A DNA stretch of 64,000 bases from Candidatus Actinomarina sp. GTDB lineage: Bacteria > Actinomycetota > Acidimicrobiia > Actinomarinales > Actinomarinaceae. Under the pieces are notes generated by a model. That model did no database searches. It saw nothing but the letters and a program-made list of their open reading frames with translations, and was not told the origin of the DNA. Each line of letters starts with the position of its first letter. Position 1 is the first letter of the stretch. A program made the position numbers and the translations under genes. The stretch lies in assembly GCA_038142145.1 (NCBI GenBank), contig JAYQJM010000005.1:147978-211977 (forward strand), written 5' to 3'. Positions 12,639 to 22,842 of this stretch are shown here, piece after piece.

Positions 12639-12844
12639 GCGTAAAAGATTTAAGAGAGCTATCAGTTCAGGAATTAGAAAATAAGATCATTGATTTGAAG
12701 AAAGAATTAATGGATTCAAGATTTTCTTTAGCTACAAGTCAACTTGAGGACACTTCTGTATTTAGAAAAATTAAAAAAGAAATTGCACAAGCTAATACAG
12801 TTTTAACAGAAAAAAATAATACTTTAAAAAATGAGGAATCGTAA
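12635..12844 (+). CDS. rpmC: 50S ribosomal protein L29
   Basis: 69 aa, L29-like helical protein in operon order. Confidence 0.93.
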   Translation: MSVKDLRELSVQELENKIIDLKKELMDSRFSLATSQLEDTSVFRKIKKEIAQANTVLTEKNNTLKNEES

Positions 12845-13107
12845 TGAGTGAAGAAAATAGAACATCCAGAAAAGTTAGAACTGGAATTGTAGTTTCGGAT
12901 GCAAGAGAAAAAACTGTCACAGTTGCAATAGAGCTTCAGTTTCCTCATCCAAAATATAAAAAAATTGTTAAAAAAACAAGAAAGCTTCATGCACATGATG
13001 ATTCATTTGAAGCAAAAGTTGGAGACACTGTCAAAATCATGGAAACAAAGCCACAATCAAAAACTAAAAGGTGGAGAGTTACAGAAGTAGTGGAGCGTGC
13101 AAGATGA
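12844..13107 (+). CDS. rpsQ: 30S ribosomal protein S17
   Basis: 87 aa, [11 protein letters not shown]...KTVTV motif; operon order. Confidence 0.96.
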   Translation: MSEENRTSRKVRTGIVVSDAREKTVTVAIELQFPHPKYKKIVKKTRKLHAHDDSFEAKVGDTVKIMETKPQSKTKRWRVTEVVERAR

Positions 13108-13472
13108 TTCAAAAAGAATCAAGACTTAAAGTTGCTGACAACTCTGGTGCAAAAGAAGTTTTATGTATAAAAGTAAAGGGAAGTTCTCGTATTAGATATG
13201 CAGGCTTAGGTGACACATTTGTCGCAACAGTAAAAGATGCTATTCCTGGCGGCCAAATTAAAAAAGGTGACATAGTTCAAGCTGTAGTAGTGAGAACAAA
13301 AAAAGAGACAAGAAGAAAAGATGGCACATACATAAGATTTGATGAAAACGCATGTGTAATAATTAATGAACAAGAACAGCCACGAGGAACTAGAATTTTT
13401 GGTCCTGTTGGCAGAGAATTAAGAGAAAAAAGATTCATGAGAATTGTTTCTTTAGCTCCAGAGGTATTGTAA
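13104..13472 (+). CDS. rplN: 50S ribosomal protein L14
   Basis: Start at ATG 13104 ([17 protein letters not shown]); ATGA overlap with rpsQ. Confidence 0.97.
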   Translation: MIQKESRLKVADNSGAKEVLCIKVKGSSRIRYAGLGDTFVATVKDAIPGGQIKKGDIVQAVVVRTKKETRRKDGTYIRFDENACVIINEQEQPRGTRIFGPVGRELREKRFMRIVSLAPEVL

Positions 13473-13774
13473 TGAAGATTCAAAAAGGTGATATGGTCAA
13501 AGTAATTTCAGGGAAAGATGCTGGTAAAGAAGGAAAAGTCTTACAAGCATTTCCTAAGAAAAATACAGTTCTTGTTGAAGGTGTAAATGTTTCTAAAAAA
13601 CATCAAAAACCACAAGGTCAAACAATGCAAGGTGGTGTAATTGACAAGAGCATGCCAATAAATGTATCAAATGTAGCTCTTGTAGTTAAGAAAAAAGCAG
13701 GAAGGGTTGCTTATAAATTTGATAAAAATGGTAAAAAGTTTCGAGTTTTAGCTCAAACAGGAGATGAAGTATGA
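13472..13774 (+). CDS. rplX: 50S ribosomal protein L24
   Basis: 100 aa, KGDMVKVISGKDAGKEGKV KOW motif. Confidence 0.96.
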   Translation: MKIQKGDMVKVISGKDAGKEGKVLQAFPKKNTVLVEGVNVSKKHQKPQGQTMQGGVIDKSMPINVSNVALVVKKKAGRVAYKFDKNGKKFRVLAQTGDEV

Positions 13775-14316
13775 TTCCTAGGTTAAAAGAAAAATTTAAT
13801 TCAGAACTCAAAACTAAAGTCATGAGTGATCTTAACTTACAAAATGTAAGTCAAATTCCAACGTTAGAAAAAATTGTCATCAATATTGGAGATGGTAAAG
13901 CAGCTACAGATGGTAGAGCATTGGAGTCAATGACAGATGAGCTAACTGCAATTGCTGGTCAGAAGCCTGTTATTAGAAGAGCTAAAAAGTCAATCGCTGG
14001 TTTTAAAATTCGTGAAGGAATGCCAATAGGTGTTTCTGTTACCTTACGTGGGGATAGAATGTGGGAATTTTATGACAGGTTTGTTCAAGTGGTAGTTCCT
14101 AGAATTCGTGACTTTAGAGGGTTTAAAAAGAAGTCATTTGATGGAAATGGAAACTATACTCTTGGATTAACCGAGCAATTAGTTTTTCCAGAAGTTGAAT
14201 ACGACAAAGTTAGAGATATTAGAGGTATGAATATTACAATTTGTACTTCTGCTACCGATAACAACCAAGGATATGTATTATTACAATCGCTAGGATTTCC
14301 GTTTAGGGAGAATTAA
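13771..14316 (+). CDS. rplE: 50S ribosomal protein L5
   Basis: 181 aa, L5-like; operon order. Confidence 0.97.
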   Translation: MIPRLKEKFNSELKTKVMSDLNLQNVSQIPTLEKIVINIGDGKAATDGRALESMTDELTAIAGQKPVIRRAKKSIAGFKIREGMPIGVSVTLRGDRMWEFYDRFVQVVVPRIRDFRGFKKKSFDGNGNYTLGLTEQLVFPEVEYDKVRDIRGMNITICTSATDNNQGYVLLQSLGFPFREN

Positions 14317-14317
14317 T

Positions 14318-14623
14318 ATGGCAAAAACAAGCAAAATAGTTAAAAATAATAAAAGAAAAAGAACAATAGAAGTGTATGCCGAAAAAAGGCAAGATCTCCT
14401 TAAAATAGTCAAAGATCCTAATACTTCATATGAGGAAAAAAGAGAAGCGCAAAAAAAGATTGCACGTATGCCTAGAGATGCTTCTGCAACAAGACATAGA
14501 AACAGATGTGAAGTTACTGGAAGACCTAGAGGAACTCTCAGGAAATTCGGTATGTCCAGAAATACTTTTAGAGACTTAGCCCTAAAAGGTGAACTTCCTG
14601 GTATTAAGAAAGCTTCTTGGTAA
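14318..14623 (+). CDS. rpsN: 30S ribosomal protein S14, long (101 aa) cysteine-poor C-minus form
   Basis: Ends ...[41 protein letters not shown] with a single Cys and no CxxC pairs. spc-operon position between rplE and rpsH. Confidence 0.96.
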   Translation: MAKTSKIVKNNKRKRTIEVYAEKRQDLLKIVKDPNTSYEEKREAQKKIARMPRDASATRHRNRCEVTGRPRGTLRKFGMSRNTFRDLALKGELPGIKKASW

Positions 14624-14625
14624 AT

Positions 14626-15024
14626 ATGAATTCTGATCCAATTTCTGATTTTTTAACTCGTTTGAGAAATGCCTCAATGGTAAACAAACCTACTGTTGAA
14701 GTTCCTCATTCTAAATTCAAACTAGAACTCTCAAAGCTTTTAAAGTCTGAAGGCTATATTTCAGATGTCAAAGTTGAGGGAGAAAATTCAACCAAAAAAA
14801 TTGTTATAGATTTGAAATATGATGAAAATGGGTCACCAGTTATGGCAGGTTTGAATAGATTGAGCAAGCCTGGAAGAAGACTTTATGTTGGTTCAGATTC
14901 CTTACCCCGAAATAACGGTGGGTTGGGAACTGTTGTAGTTTCAACATCTAGAGGTCTTTTACCTGATTCTGAAGCTAGAAAAAGAAAACTTGGTGGAGAG
15001 CTAATTTGCGAGGTCTGGTCATGA
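14626..15024 (+). CDS. rpsH: 30S ribosomal protein S8
   Basis: Start at ATG 14626 (MNSDPISDFLTRLRNA), 2 nt after the rpsN stop. Confidence 0.97.
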   Translation: MNSDPISDFLTRLRNASMVNKPTVEVPHSKFKLELSKLLKSEGYISDVKVEGENSTKKIVIDLKYDENGSPVMAGLNRLSKPGRRLYVGSDSLPRNNGGLGTVVVSTSRGLLPDSEARKRKLGGELICEVWS

Positions 15025-15572
15025 GTAGAATTGGTAACAAACCAGTTGAAATCAATGATAAGATTGAGATTTCTTTAGGAGATAGTTCAATAACTGTAAA
15101 AGGTCCTAAAGGTGAATTGACAACAGAAATTGTTGATGAAAGAATTAAGTTCCAATTATCAGAAGGGGAGCTAGTTTTTTCAAGAACCAGTGAGAATCCT
15201 GAAGTCAGAAGTCTCCATGGACTCTACCGTTCTTTAGTTGCAAACAATATTCAAGGTGTTCTTGAGGGTTATCAAAAAACATTACTTCTTCAAGGTGTAG
15301 GACATAGAGCAACATTAAAGGGAAATGATATTGAGATTTTATGTGGATTCTCACATCCAGTAATTTTTTCTGCTGTTGATGGAGTTAAGTTTGAAGTTCC
15401 AGATCAAAACACAATACATGTTTCAGGTATAGACAAAGCTTTAGTTGGACAAGTTGCTGCAAACATCAGAGCAATTAAGCCGCCAGAACCTTACAAGGGT
15501 AAAGGTATTCGATATCAAGATGAATATGTAAGAAGAAAAGCAGGTAAAGCTGCAATAGCTGCGGGAGCGTAA
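15021..15572 (+). CDS. rplF: 50S ribosomal protein L6
   Basis: Start at ATG 15021 (MSRIGNKPVEI); ATGA overlap with rpsH. Confidence 0.97.
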   Translation: MSRIGNKPVEINDKIEISLGDSSITVKGPKGELTTEIVDERIKFQLSEGELVFSRTSENPEVRSLHGLYRSLVANNIQGVLEGYQKTLLLQGVGHRATLKGNDIEILCGFSHPVIFSAVDGVKFEVPDQNTIHVSGIDKALVGQVAANIRAIKPPEPYKGKGIRYQDEYVRRKAGKAAIAAGA

Positions 15573-15573
15573 A

Positions 15574-15921
15574 GTGAAAGTTAAAGACAAAAGACAACAT
15601 AGAAAAATTAGAATTAGAAAAAAAGTTTCAGGAACATCTACAACTCCTCGAATTGCAGTTTTCAAAAGCAACTCTAATATTTATGCGCAAGCAATTGATG
15701 ATTTAAATCAAGTAACCATTGCTTCTGCAAGTACTTTATCAAAAGAAATAAAAGGAAAAAGTCTTTCTGTAGATGTAGCTAAAGAAGTAGGAGAGCTTAT
15801 TGGAGATAAGCTTAACAAATTAGATATAAAATCTTGTGTCTTTGATAGAGGAGGATATATTTATCATGGAAGAGTTAAATCTCTAGCTGATGGAATAAGA
15901 GAAAAAGGAATACAATTTTAA
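15574..15921 (+). CDS. rplR: 50S ribosomal protein L18
   Basis: GTG start; 115 aa; ...[21 protein letters not shown] motif. Confidence 0.96.
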   Translation: MKVKDKRQHRKIRIRKKVSGTSTTPRIAVFKSNSNIYAQAIDDLNQVTIASASTLSKEIKGKSLSVDVAKEVGELIGDKLNKLDIKSCVFDRGGYIYHGRVKSLADGIREKGIQF

Positions 15922-16472
15922 TGTCAGAATTAGAACTTCAAGAAAGTGTTATTCATATTAATCGAGTAGCAAAAGTCGTTAAAGGTGGACGTAATTTTGC
16001 GTTTACAGCATTAGTTGCTGTTGGTGATGGAAAAGGTAAAGCTGGAATTGGTTATGGAAAAGGATCTGAAGTTCCATTAGCTATTCAAAAAGCAATTGAA
16101 GATGCAAAGAAAAATATCAATGAAATTCCTATGGCAGGCTCAACAATTGTGCACACAATAATTGGAAAGCATGGTTCATCTGAAGTTTTACTAAAACCTG
16201 CAGCTCCAGGTACAGGAGTTATAGCAGGAGGGGCGGCACGACAAGTTTTAGAAGTTGCTGGTGTTAAAGACATTCTTGCTAAGTCACTTGGGTCACCAAC
16301 TCATTTAAATGTTGCTAAAGCCACAATCAATGGACTATTAAATCAAAGAACTCCAGATAGTGTAGCAAAATTAAGAGGAAAAAAATCTTCAGAAGTTGCA
16401 CCTCCAGGTTTAGTAGAAGCTTACGAAAAAACAAAAGCTGAGAGAAAAGTAAGGGCTTCTGATGAAAGTTAA
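15921..16472 (+). CDS. rpsE: 30S ribosomal protein S5
   Basis: [20 protein letters not shown] motif; 183 aa. Confidence 0.97.
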   Translation: MSELELQESVIHINRVAKVVKGGRNFAFTALVAVGDGKGKAGIGYGKGSEVPLAIQKAIEDAKKNINEIPMAGSTIVHTIIGKHGSSEVLLKPAAPGTGVIAGGAARQVLEVAGVKDILAKSLGSPTHLNVAKATINGLLNQRTPDSVAKLRGKKSSEVAPPGLVEAYEKTKAERKVRASDES

Positions 16473-16641
16473 AATTACTCTTAAAAGAAGTTTGATAGGC
16501 CAAAAAACTAATGTTAGAGAAACTGTAAAAAGTTTAGGGTTGAAGAAAATTAATTCAACATCTGAAAAAGAATTGAACCCAATGATTGAGGGTATGATAA
16601 ATACAATACAGCATTTAGTTGAAATCGAAGAGGTTAAATAA
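16462..16641 (+). CDS. rpmD: 50S ribosomal protein L30 (59 aa, below the ORF-track cut-off)
   Basis: Own translation: [59 protein letters not shown]. It sits in the expected slot between rpsE and rplO and overlaps both neighbours. Confidence 0.93.
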   Translation: MKVKITLKRSLIGQKTNVRETVKSLGLKKINSTSEKELNPMIEGMINTIQHLVEIEEVK

Positions 16642-17090
16642 TGAAAAAACTTAAATTTCATCATTTAAAACCAACTCCAGGTTCTACAAAACAAAAGTTA
16701 AGAAAAGGACGTGGTGAAGCTGGTAAAAGAGGAAAGACTGCAGGTAGAGGTACCAAAGGAACTGGTGCTAGAAAAACTGTTCCAGCTTACTTTGAGGGAG
16801 GTCAAATTCCTTTATATAGGAGAATCCCTAAATTAAGAGGATTAAAAAACGGACCTAAGATGGCTTATGTTGTTGTTAATTTAAATGAATTAGAAGAAAG
16901 AGGCGTTGAAGGCGAAGTAACTCCTGATACTTTAAGAGAATTAGGATTAACAAGAAAAAAAGGTCTTGTTAAAGTTTTAGGCGATGGTGATTTGTCAAAG
17001 AAGATAGATTTAAAAATTCATGCTATAAGTGAGACTGCCAAAACAAAAATTGAATCTGCTGGTGGATCTGTAGAGCTAATTAACGAATAA
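16641..17090 (+). CDS. rplO: 50S ribosomal protein L15
   Basis: 149 aa, KGRGEAGKRGKTAGRGTKG Gly/Lys-rich N-terminus. Confidence 0.96.
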   Translation: MKKLKFHHLKPTPGSTKQKLRKGRGEAGKRGKTAGRGTKGTGARKTVPAYFEGGQIPLYRRIPKLRGLKNGPKMAYVVVNLNELEERGVEGEVTPDTLRELGLTRKKGLVKVLGDGDLSKKIDLKIHAISETAKTKIESAGGSVELINE

Positions 17091-17091
17091 T

Positions 17092-18405
17092 ATGCAGTTA
17101 TCTATTTTTAGATATATTTTCAAAATTCCAGACTTAAGAAAAAGAATATTATTTACTCTTTTTATGTTTGCAGTTTATCGACTTGGTGCTGCAGTTCCTG
17201 TTCCTGGTGTAGATTTGTTAGCTGTACAAAGACTTACTGAATCTGGATCACAAGCTGGAATTTATGGATTGTTAAACTTATTTTCTGGTGGTGCACTTGA
17301 AACATTTTCTGTATTCGCTCTTGGAATTATGCCATACATAACAGCTAGTATTATTCTTCAATTATTGACTGTTGTCATACCAAGGCTTCAAAAATTACAA
17401 GAAGAAGGAGAATCAGGTAGAAAAGTTATCACCCAGTGGACAAGGTATATAACAATTGTATTAGCGTTGCTACAATCAACAGCTTTCACTTATTTATTTT
17501 CTAGAGGAAGCCTAACTGGAGGCATCTCATTAATTCCTAACTATACACCTTCCAGAGTTGGTTTAATAGTTCTTACAATGACTGCAGGTACAGCATTTAT
17601 TATGTGGATTGCTGAACTTATTTCTCAAAGGGGAGTAGGTAATGGAATGTCACTAATTATTTTTGCAAGTATCGTAAGCCAGCTACCGGCACAATTTGGA
17701 AGCGCATATCAAGTTACTGCTGGACAAGGTCGAGTGGGACAATTTACTTTCCTTATGGTTATGTTTGTTTTAATGATCATAGGAATCATTTATGTTGAAC
17801 AGGGTCAGAGAAGAATACCTATTCAATTTGCTAAAAGAGTTAGAGGTAGAAAAGTCATGGGTGGTCAAAGCACATACATTCCTCTTAAAGTAAACAGTGC
17901 CGGTGTTATACCTGTTATTTTTGCAACAAGCATTTTGTTCTTTCCTGCTTTAGTAGCTACATCTTTACCACAGGACAATAACATAACTGCTGCTATTAGA
18001 AATTGGATTGATATCAACCTTGCAAATTCTCAAGGTACTACCTGGTTCTATATTTTCTTTTTAGGAATGTTAATAATTTTCTTCACATATTTTTATACAA
18101 CTATTCAATTTGACCCAGTTAGACAATCTGACATGATTAGACGTCAAGGAGGGTTTATTCCTGGAGTGAGACCTGGAATTTCTACAACAAATTATTTATC
18201 ACATATTGTGAATCGAATAACTCTTCCTGGTTCAATCTTCCTAGCTTCAGTTGCAGTATTGCCCTCAATTGCATCTGCAATCTGGGATATACCTTTAGGT
18301 TTTAGTGGAATCTCAATTTTGATTACAGTTGGTGTAGCTCTTGAAACTATGAAGCAAATTGAAAGTCAACTTAGTATGAGAAACTACGAAGGATTTATTG
18401 ATTGA
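17092..18405 (+). CDS. secY: Preprotein translocase subunit SecY
   Basis: 437 aa polytopic membrane protein in the canonical position after rplO; SecY-like conserved blocks. Confidence 0.97.
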   Translation: MQLSIFRYIFKIPDLRKRILFTLFMFAVYRLGAAVPVPGVDLLAVQRLTESGSQAGIYGLLNLFSGGALETFSVFALGIMPYITASIILQLLTVVIPRLQKLQEEGESGRKVITQWTRYITIVLALLQSTAFTYLFSRGSLTGGISLIPNYTPSRVGLIVLTMTAGTAFIMWIAELISQRGVGNGMSLIIFASIVSQLPAQFGSAYQVTAGQGRVGQFTFLMVMFVLMIIGIIYVEQGQRRIPIQFAKRVRGRKVMGGQSTYIPLKVNSAGVIPVIFATSILFFPALVATSLPQDNNITAAIRNWIDINLANSQGTTWFYIFFLGMLIIFFTYFYTTIQFDPVRQSDMIRRQGGFIPGVRPGISTTNYLSHIVNRITLPGSIFLASVAVLPSIASAIWDIPLGFSGISILITVGVALETMKQIESQLSMRNYEGFID

Positions 18406-18962
18406 GTAATCTATATGTTTTTCTGGGCCCTCCAGGTGCTGGAAAAGGAACTCAAGCTAAAAAAATAGCATCAACTTTTGCTTTAGCTCATATATCAACA
18501 GGGGACATGCTTAGAGCACATGTAAGCAACGGTACTGAACTAGGAATTCAAGCTAAATCTTTACTCGATGAGGGAAAGCTTGTACCTGATGACTTAGTAA
18601 TAAAAATGTTGATTGAAAGATTAAATGAAGAAGATTGTAAAAATGGTGCAATTCTTGATGGTTTTCCAAGAACTTTACCTCAAGCAAAAAGTTTAGAAGA
18701 AATATCAAATGAGTTTCCAGTTAGGAAAGTATTAGTATTTGATGTAAATGAAGAAGAGTTAGTTCAAAGAATAATTTTAAGAGGTGAAACAAGTGGTCGC
18801 TCTGATGACACTGCCGAATCAATAAAAGTTAGACTAGATGTTTATAAACAAGATACAGAACCTTTAATTGAATTTTACAAAGAATCTAATGAAGTAGTAA
18901 TAATCAATGCATTGGGAGATATTGAAGAGATATACAAAACTATTGAGGCTAATTTTTCCTAG
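18402..18962 (+). CDS. adk: Adenylate kinase (short-LID type)
   Basis: TTG start overlapping the secY stop; GPPGAGKGTQA P-loop; 186 aa with no Cys4 LID. Confidence 0.96.
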   Translation: MSNLYVFLGPPGAGKGTQAKKIASTFALAHISTGDMLRAHVSNGTELGIQAKSLLDEGKLVPDDLVIKMLIERLNEEDCKNGAILDGFPRTLPQAKSLEEISNEFPVRKVLVFDVNEEELVQRIILRGETSGRSDDTAESIKVRLDVYKQDTEPLIEFYKESNEVVIINALGDIEEIYKTIEANFS

Positions 18963-18964
18963 GC

Positions 18965-19732
18965 ATGCTTACATATAAAACTACTGAAGACTTTCAAAAA
19001 ATGAAAAAAGCTGGTGAGGTCGTCTCAAAAATCCATTACGAGATTTTTGACAAAACCAAAGCAGGAATGACATTGAAAAATCTTGATGAAATTGCTAAAG
19101 AAGTAGTAAAAAAGTCTAACGTAGAATCTAGTTTTCTTGGATATGCGCCTCCAGGTATGGCTCCATATCCTGCTTACATCTGTGCCTCTCCTAATGATGC
19201 GATTGTACATGGAATACCTGATGATACTGTAATAAATGAAGGTGATTTAATATCTATTGATGTTGGAGTATCATTTCAAGGATATCATGCAGATGCAGCA
19301 TTCACATTTGGCGTTGGAGAAATTACTGATGAAAATAGTAAGTTATTAGAAGTTACAAAACATGCTTTAAATCAAGCTATCAATTTAGTTGAGGATGGTC
19401 AAAAGCTAGGAACAATAGGAAATAAGATAGACAAAATAGCTACAAAAAACAATTTCGGTAATGTAAGAGATTATGTTGGACATGGAATTGGTCTTGAAAT
19501 GCATGAAGAGCCACAAGTTCCACATTATGGTAAAAAAAGGACTGGTTTTGAATTAAAAACCGGTATGGCGATTTGCATTGAGCCTATGTTTAATCTTGGA
19601 ACTTTCGAAACATTTGTTGATTCAGATGGATGGACTGTCAGAACTGCAGATGGAAAAAATTCAGCTCATTTTGAGCATACTATTGGTTTAACTGAGGAAG
19701 GAACAGAGGTTTTTACTAAAAACTTATTTTAA
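18965..19732 (+). CDS. map: Methionine aminopeptidase type I
   Basis: 255 aa; conserved metal-ligand blocks (DVG...D, GHGIG, EP...E); position after adk. Confidence 0.95.
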   Translation: MLTYKTTEDFQKMKKAGEVVSKIHYEIFDKTKAGMTLKNLDEIAKEVVKKSNVESSFLGYAPPGMAPYPAYICASPNDAIVHGIPDDTVINEGDLISIDVGVSFQGYHADAAFTFGVGEITDENSKLLEVTKHALNQAINLVEDGQKLGTIGNKIDKIATKNNFGNVRDYVGHGIGLEMHEEPQVPHYGKKRTGFELKTGMAICIEPMFNLGTFETFVDSDGWTVRTADGKNSAHFEHTIGLTEEGTEVFTKNLF

Positions 19733-19740
19733 TTTTATGT

Positions 19741-19768
19741 TTGTAATAGTTTCAAATCGCACTAATCT
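19741..19768 (+). promoter_or_regulatory. Candidate promoter for infA-rpmJ-rpsM-rpsK-rpsD-rpoA-rplQ (TTGTAA-N16-TAATCT)
   Basis: Hexamers read in the 66-nt map/infA gap. Confidence 0.25.
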
Positions 19769-19798
19769 GGTTTATCGGTCACATATTCAAGGCTTATT

Positions 19799-20023
19799 TT
19801 GGTAGATAAAGATAAAAACATAATTAAAGTCCAAGGGACGGTTATGGAAACTTTACCAAATGCATCCTTTAAGGTGCAACTTGAAAGTGGTGCTGAGATT
19901 TTAGCTCACGTATCTGGAAAGATGCGTATGAGATATATAAGAATCTTACCTGGCGACGTTGTGGAAATGGAAGTTTCCCCATACGATCCAACAAGGGGTA
20001 GGATTATATGGAGACATAAATGA
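19799..20023 (+). CDS. infA: Translation initiation factor IF-1
   Basis: TTG start; 74 aa S1-like fold, ...[22 protein letters not shown]. Confidence 0.95.
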   Translation: MVDKDKNIIKVQGTVMETLPNASFKVQLESGAEILAHVSGKMRMRYIRILPGDVVEMEVSPYDPTRGRIIWRHK

Positions 20024-20136
20024 AAGTTAAAGCAAGTGTTAAAAAAAGAGGGCCTAACGATCAAATCGTTAGGAGAAAAGGTAAATTGTATGTTATCAAT
20101 AAGAAAAACCCTCGTCATAAACAGAGGCAAGGTTAA
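20020..20136 (+). CDS. rpmJ: 50S ribosomal protein L36, cysteine-less C-minus form (38 aa, not in ORF track)
   Basis: Own translation: [42 protein letters not shown] overlap with infA. The three Zn-ribbon Cys positions read G, D and N. Confidence 0.93.
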   Translation: MKVKASVKKRGPNDQIVRRKGKLYVINKKNPRHKQRQG

Positions 20137-20139
20137 TTA

Positions 20140-20517
20140 ATGGCTCGTATATCAGGTATTGACATCCCAAGGGAAAAAAGAGTTTTAGCATCTTTACAAT
20201 ATATCCATGGTGTAGGAGCTAAAAGAGCTCAAGATATTTGCACTGACCTTAACATAGATCCAAGTACAAGAGTAAATAATTTAACAAATGATGAAGTTGC
20301 TCAGATTAGAAAATATATTGAAGCAAATTACAGAGTTGAAGGTGATCTTAGAAGAGACGTTTCACAAAATATTAGAAGAAAAACAGAAATTGGCACATAT
20401 CAAGGTTTAAGGCATAGAATGGGTCTTCCTGTAAGAGGGCAGAGAACTCATACAAATGCAAGAACACGCAAAGGACCAAGATTTGCTATTGCAGGAAAGA
20501 AGAAAGCTACTAAATAA
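20140..20517 (+). CDS. rpsM: 30S ribosomal protein S13
   Basis: [15 protein letters not shown] start; 125 aa. Confidence 0.97.
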   Translation: MARISGIDIPREKRVLASLQYIHGVGAKRAQDICTDLNIDPSTRVNNLTNDEVAQIRKYIEANYRVEGDLRRDVSQNIRRKTEIGTYQGLRHRMGLPVRGQRTHTNARTRKGPRFAIAGKKKATK

Positions 20518-20900
20518 TGGCTGATCAAAAAACAAAGAAAAAAGTTAAAAAAAATATACCTTCAGGTGTAGCTCATATAAAAGCAAGTTTTAACAATACA
20601 ATTATTAATATCTCCGACAATGGAGGTCAGACAATTGTCTGGACATCTGGTGGTTCAGTTGGATTCAAGGGTTCAAGAAAATCTACACCTTATGCAGCAC
20701 AAGTTGCAGCTGAAGAAGCTGTAAGAAGAGCAACAGAATTTGGTGTTCACAAATTAGATATCATTATCAGCGGTACAGGTGCAGGTAGAGAGACAGCAGT
20801 AAGAACTTTGCAAAATATGGGTATGGATGTAGGGACAATTAAAGATATTACTCCAACTCCACATAACGGTTGCAGACCAAAGAAAAGAAGAAGAGGATAA
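20517..20900 (+). CDS. rpsK: 30S ribosomal protein S11
   Basis: 127 aa, [12 protein letters not shown] and ...[15 protein letters not shown] motifs. Confidence 0.97.
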   Translation: MADQKTKKKVKKNIPSGVAHIKASFNNTIINISDNGGQTIVWTSGGSVGFKGSRKSTPYAAQVAAEEAVRRATEFGVHKLDIIISGTGAGRETAVRTLQNMGMDVGTIKDITPTPHNGCRPKKRRRG

Positions 20901-21514
20901 TGGCTAGATATACAGGTCCTAGAGTAAGAGTTTCAAGACGTATTGGTTTTAACGTTTTCGAAAATAGAAAAGGTGACAAGGCGTTACAAGACAGACCTTA
21001 CCCGCCAGGAGAAAATGGTAGGAAAAGAGCAAGAGAAACTGATTACGGTACTCAACTAAAAGAAAAGCAAAAAGTTAGATATATGTACGGAGTGCTAGAA
21101 AAACAATTCAGAAACTATTACAAAGAAGCTTCAAGAATGCAGGGAATTACAGGTGAGAACCTTTTAGTCCTTCTTGAGTCAAGATTAGATAATGTCATTT
21201 ATCGAGCTGGCTTTGCTTCAACAAGACCACAGGCTAGACAGCTTGTCTCACACAGACATTTTAAAGTAAATGGAAGATTTGTAGATGTGCCTTCCCATCA
21301 AATAAAGGTTGGAGACGAAATTGAAATAAAAGATGGAAGTAAAGATTTAATCATTATTCAACACACTATAGATACTGGACAAGATAGAGAAATACCATCT
21401 TGGTTAGATGTAGATGTTAAGAAAAAAGCAGTGAAGATAAATTCACTGCCTTCAAGAAGTGAGGCAAGCTCACAAATTGAAGAACAGTTAATAGTAGAGC
21501 TTTATTCAAAGTAA
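20900..21514 (+). CDS. rpsD: 30S ribosomal protein S4
   Basis: Start at ATG 20900 ([14 protein letters not shown]); TAATG overlap with rpsK. Confidence 0.97.
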   Translation: MARYTGPRVRVSRRIGFNVFENRKGDKALQDRPYPPGENGRKRARETDYGTQLKEKQKVRYMYGVLEKQFRNYYKEASRMQGITGENLLVLLESRLDNVIYRAGFASTRPQARQLVSHRHFKVNGRFVDVPSHQIKVGDEIEIKDGSKDLIIIQHTIDTGQDREIPSWLDVDVKKKAVKINSLPSRSEASSQIEEQLIVELYSK

Positions 21515-21538
21515 ATATCTGAGAGGAGAAATTAATAA

Positions 21539-22498
21539 ATGTTGATGCTACAAAGACCTGAAATAACACAGGAAGATCTTGGAAATAATAGATCTAAATT
21601 TGTAATTGAGCCTTTAGAGCCTGGTTTTGGCCTAACTTTAGGTAATACTATGAGAAGAGCCCTTCTTTCAAGAGTCCCAGGAGTTGCAGTAACTGGAATA
21701 AAAATAGATGGAGTTAATCATGAATTTACATCTATTCCAGGAGTTGTCGAGGATGTATTAGATCTCTTATTAAATCTTAAAAGATTAGTTTTAAAAGTTG
21801 ATGATCAAGAAAATCATACTTTGACAGTAAAAGCAAAAGGACCTGGAGAAGTATTAGCAGCACAAATTCAATGCCCTGCTGGTGTAGAGGTAGTCAATAC
21901 TGATCTTAAAGTATGTACACTGTCTGATGGTGCGACATTGGATATGGAAGTATCAATTGCACATGGTGTAGGGTATAGGTTAGCTGACAAAAACAAAACA
22001 AGTGATTCAAATTTCATACCTATTGATTCAATTTTTTCACCGATTGTCAAAGTAAGTTATGACGTTTCTCCAACTCAAGTTGGTCAAGTAACTGATTATG
22101 ACAAATTAACAATGGATGTTGAAACTGATGGCTCTGTAGACCCTAGTGAGGCTATTTCTTCAGTAGGTAAAACACTTGGAGAGCTATGGAAACTTTTTGC
22201 TGACATTGACGAAGGTGTTGGACTTGAATTAGGTGAACTTACAATATCAGAGGGAAGTTCCCCAGACCTATCACTCTCAGTTGATGCTTTAGATCTGTCT
22301 GAAAGACCAAGAAATTGCCTTGGTAGAGAAAACATTACTACTGTTGGTCAAATTTTAGAATATACAGAAGATGACCTTCTTAATTTAACCAACTTTGGAC
22401 AAAAGAGCTTAGATGAATTGGTAGCTAAATTAGATGAGTTAGGATTAAGCTTACCAACAAGTTCCGATCTAGATTCAGGAGATATGACTGATGCCTAG
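21539..22498 (+). CDS. rpoA: DNA-directed RNA polymerase subunit alpha
   Basis: 319 aa; GAGAGGAG SD 10 nt upstream; alpha NTD/CTD (ERPRNCL...GQKSLDE) motifs. Confidence 0.97.
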   Translation: MLMLQRPEITQEDLGNNRSKFVIEPLEPGFGLTLGNTMRRALLSRVPGVAVTGIKIDGVNHEFTSIPGVVEDVLDLLLNLKRLVLKVDDQENHTLTVKAKGPGEVLAAQIQCPAGVEVVNTDLKVCTLSDGATLDMEVSIAHGVGYRLADKNKTSDSNFIPIDSIFSPIVKVSYDVSPTQVGQVTDYDKLTMDVETDGSVDPSEAISSVGKTLGELWKLFADIDEGVGLELGELTISEGSSPDLSLSVDALDLSERPRNCLGRENITTVGQILEYTEDDLLNLTNFGQKSLDELVAKLDELGLSLPTSSDLDSGDMTDA

Positions 22499-22841
22499 AC
22501 CTACTAAAGGTAAAAGACTAGGTGGTTCAGCTTCTCATGAAGATCAAATCATCAGCAATTTAATCAGTTCTTTGATTGAACATGAAAAAATTGAAACAAC
22601 GATTACAAAAGCTAAAGTTGTAAAGCCTTACGCTGAAAAAGTTATCACTAAGGCCAAAAGTGGCACATTGCATGATAGAAGACAAGTTCTTAAAATGATT
22701 CAAAATAAGGCTGTAGTCGCAAAGTTGTTTGAAGAAATAGGACCAAAGTATGAAGATAGAAATGGTGGCTATACAAGAATTACAAGAACTACATACAGAC
22801 AAGGCGACGGAACAGAACTAGCGTTATTAGAATTAGTCTAA
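22491..22841 (+). CDS. rplQ: 50S ribosomal protein L17
   Basis: 116 aa, ...[11 protein letters not shown] motif. Confidence 0.96.
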   Translation: MPRPTKGKRLGGSASHEDQIISNLISSLIEHEKIETTITKAKVVKPYAEKVITKAKSGTLHDRRQVLKMIQNKAVVAKLFEEIGPKYEDRNGGYTRITRTTYRQGDGTELALLELV

Positions 22842-22842
22842 T

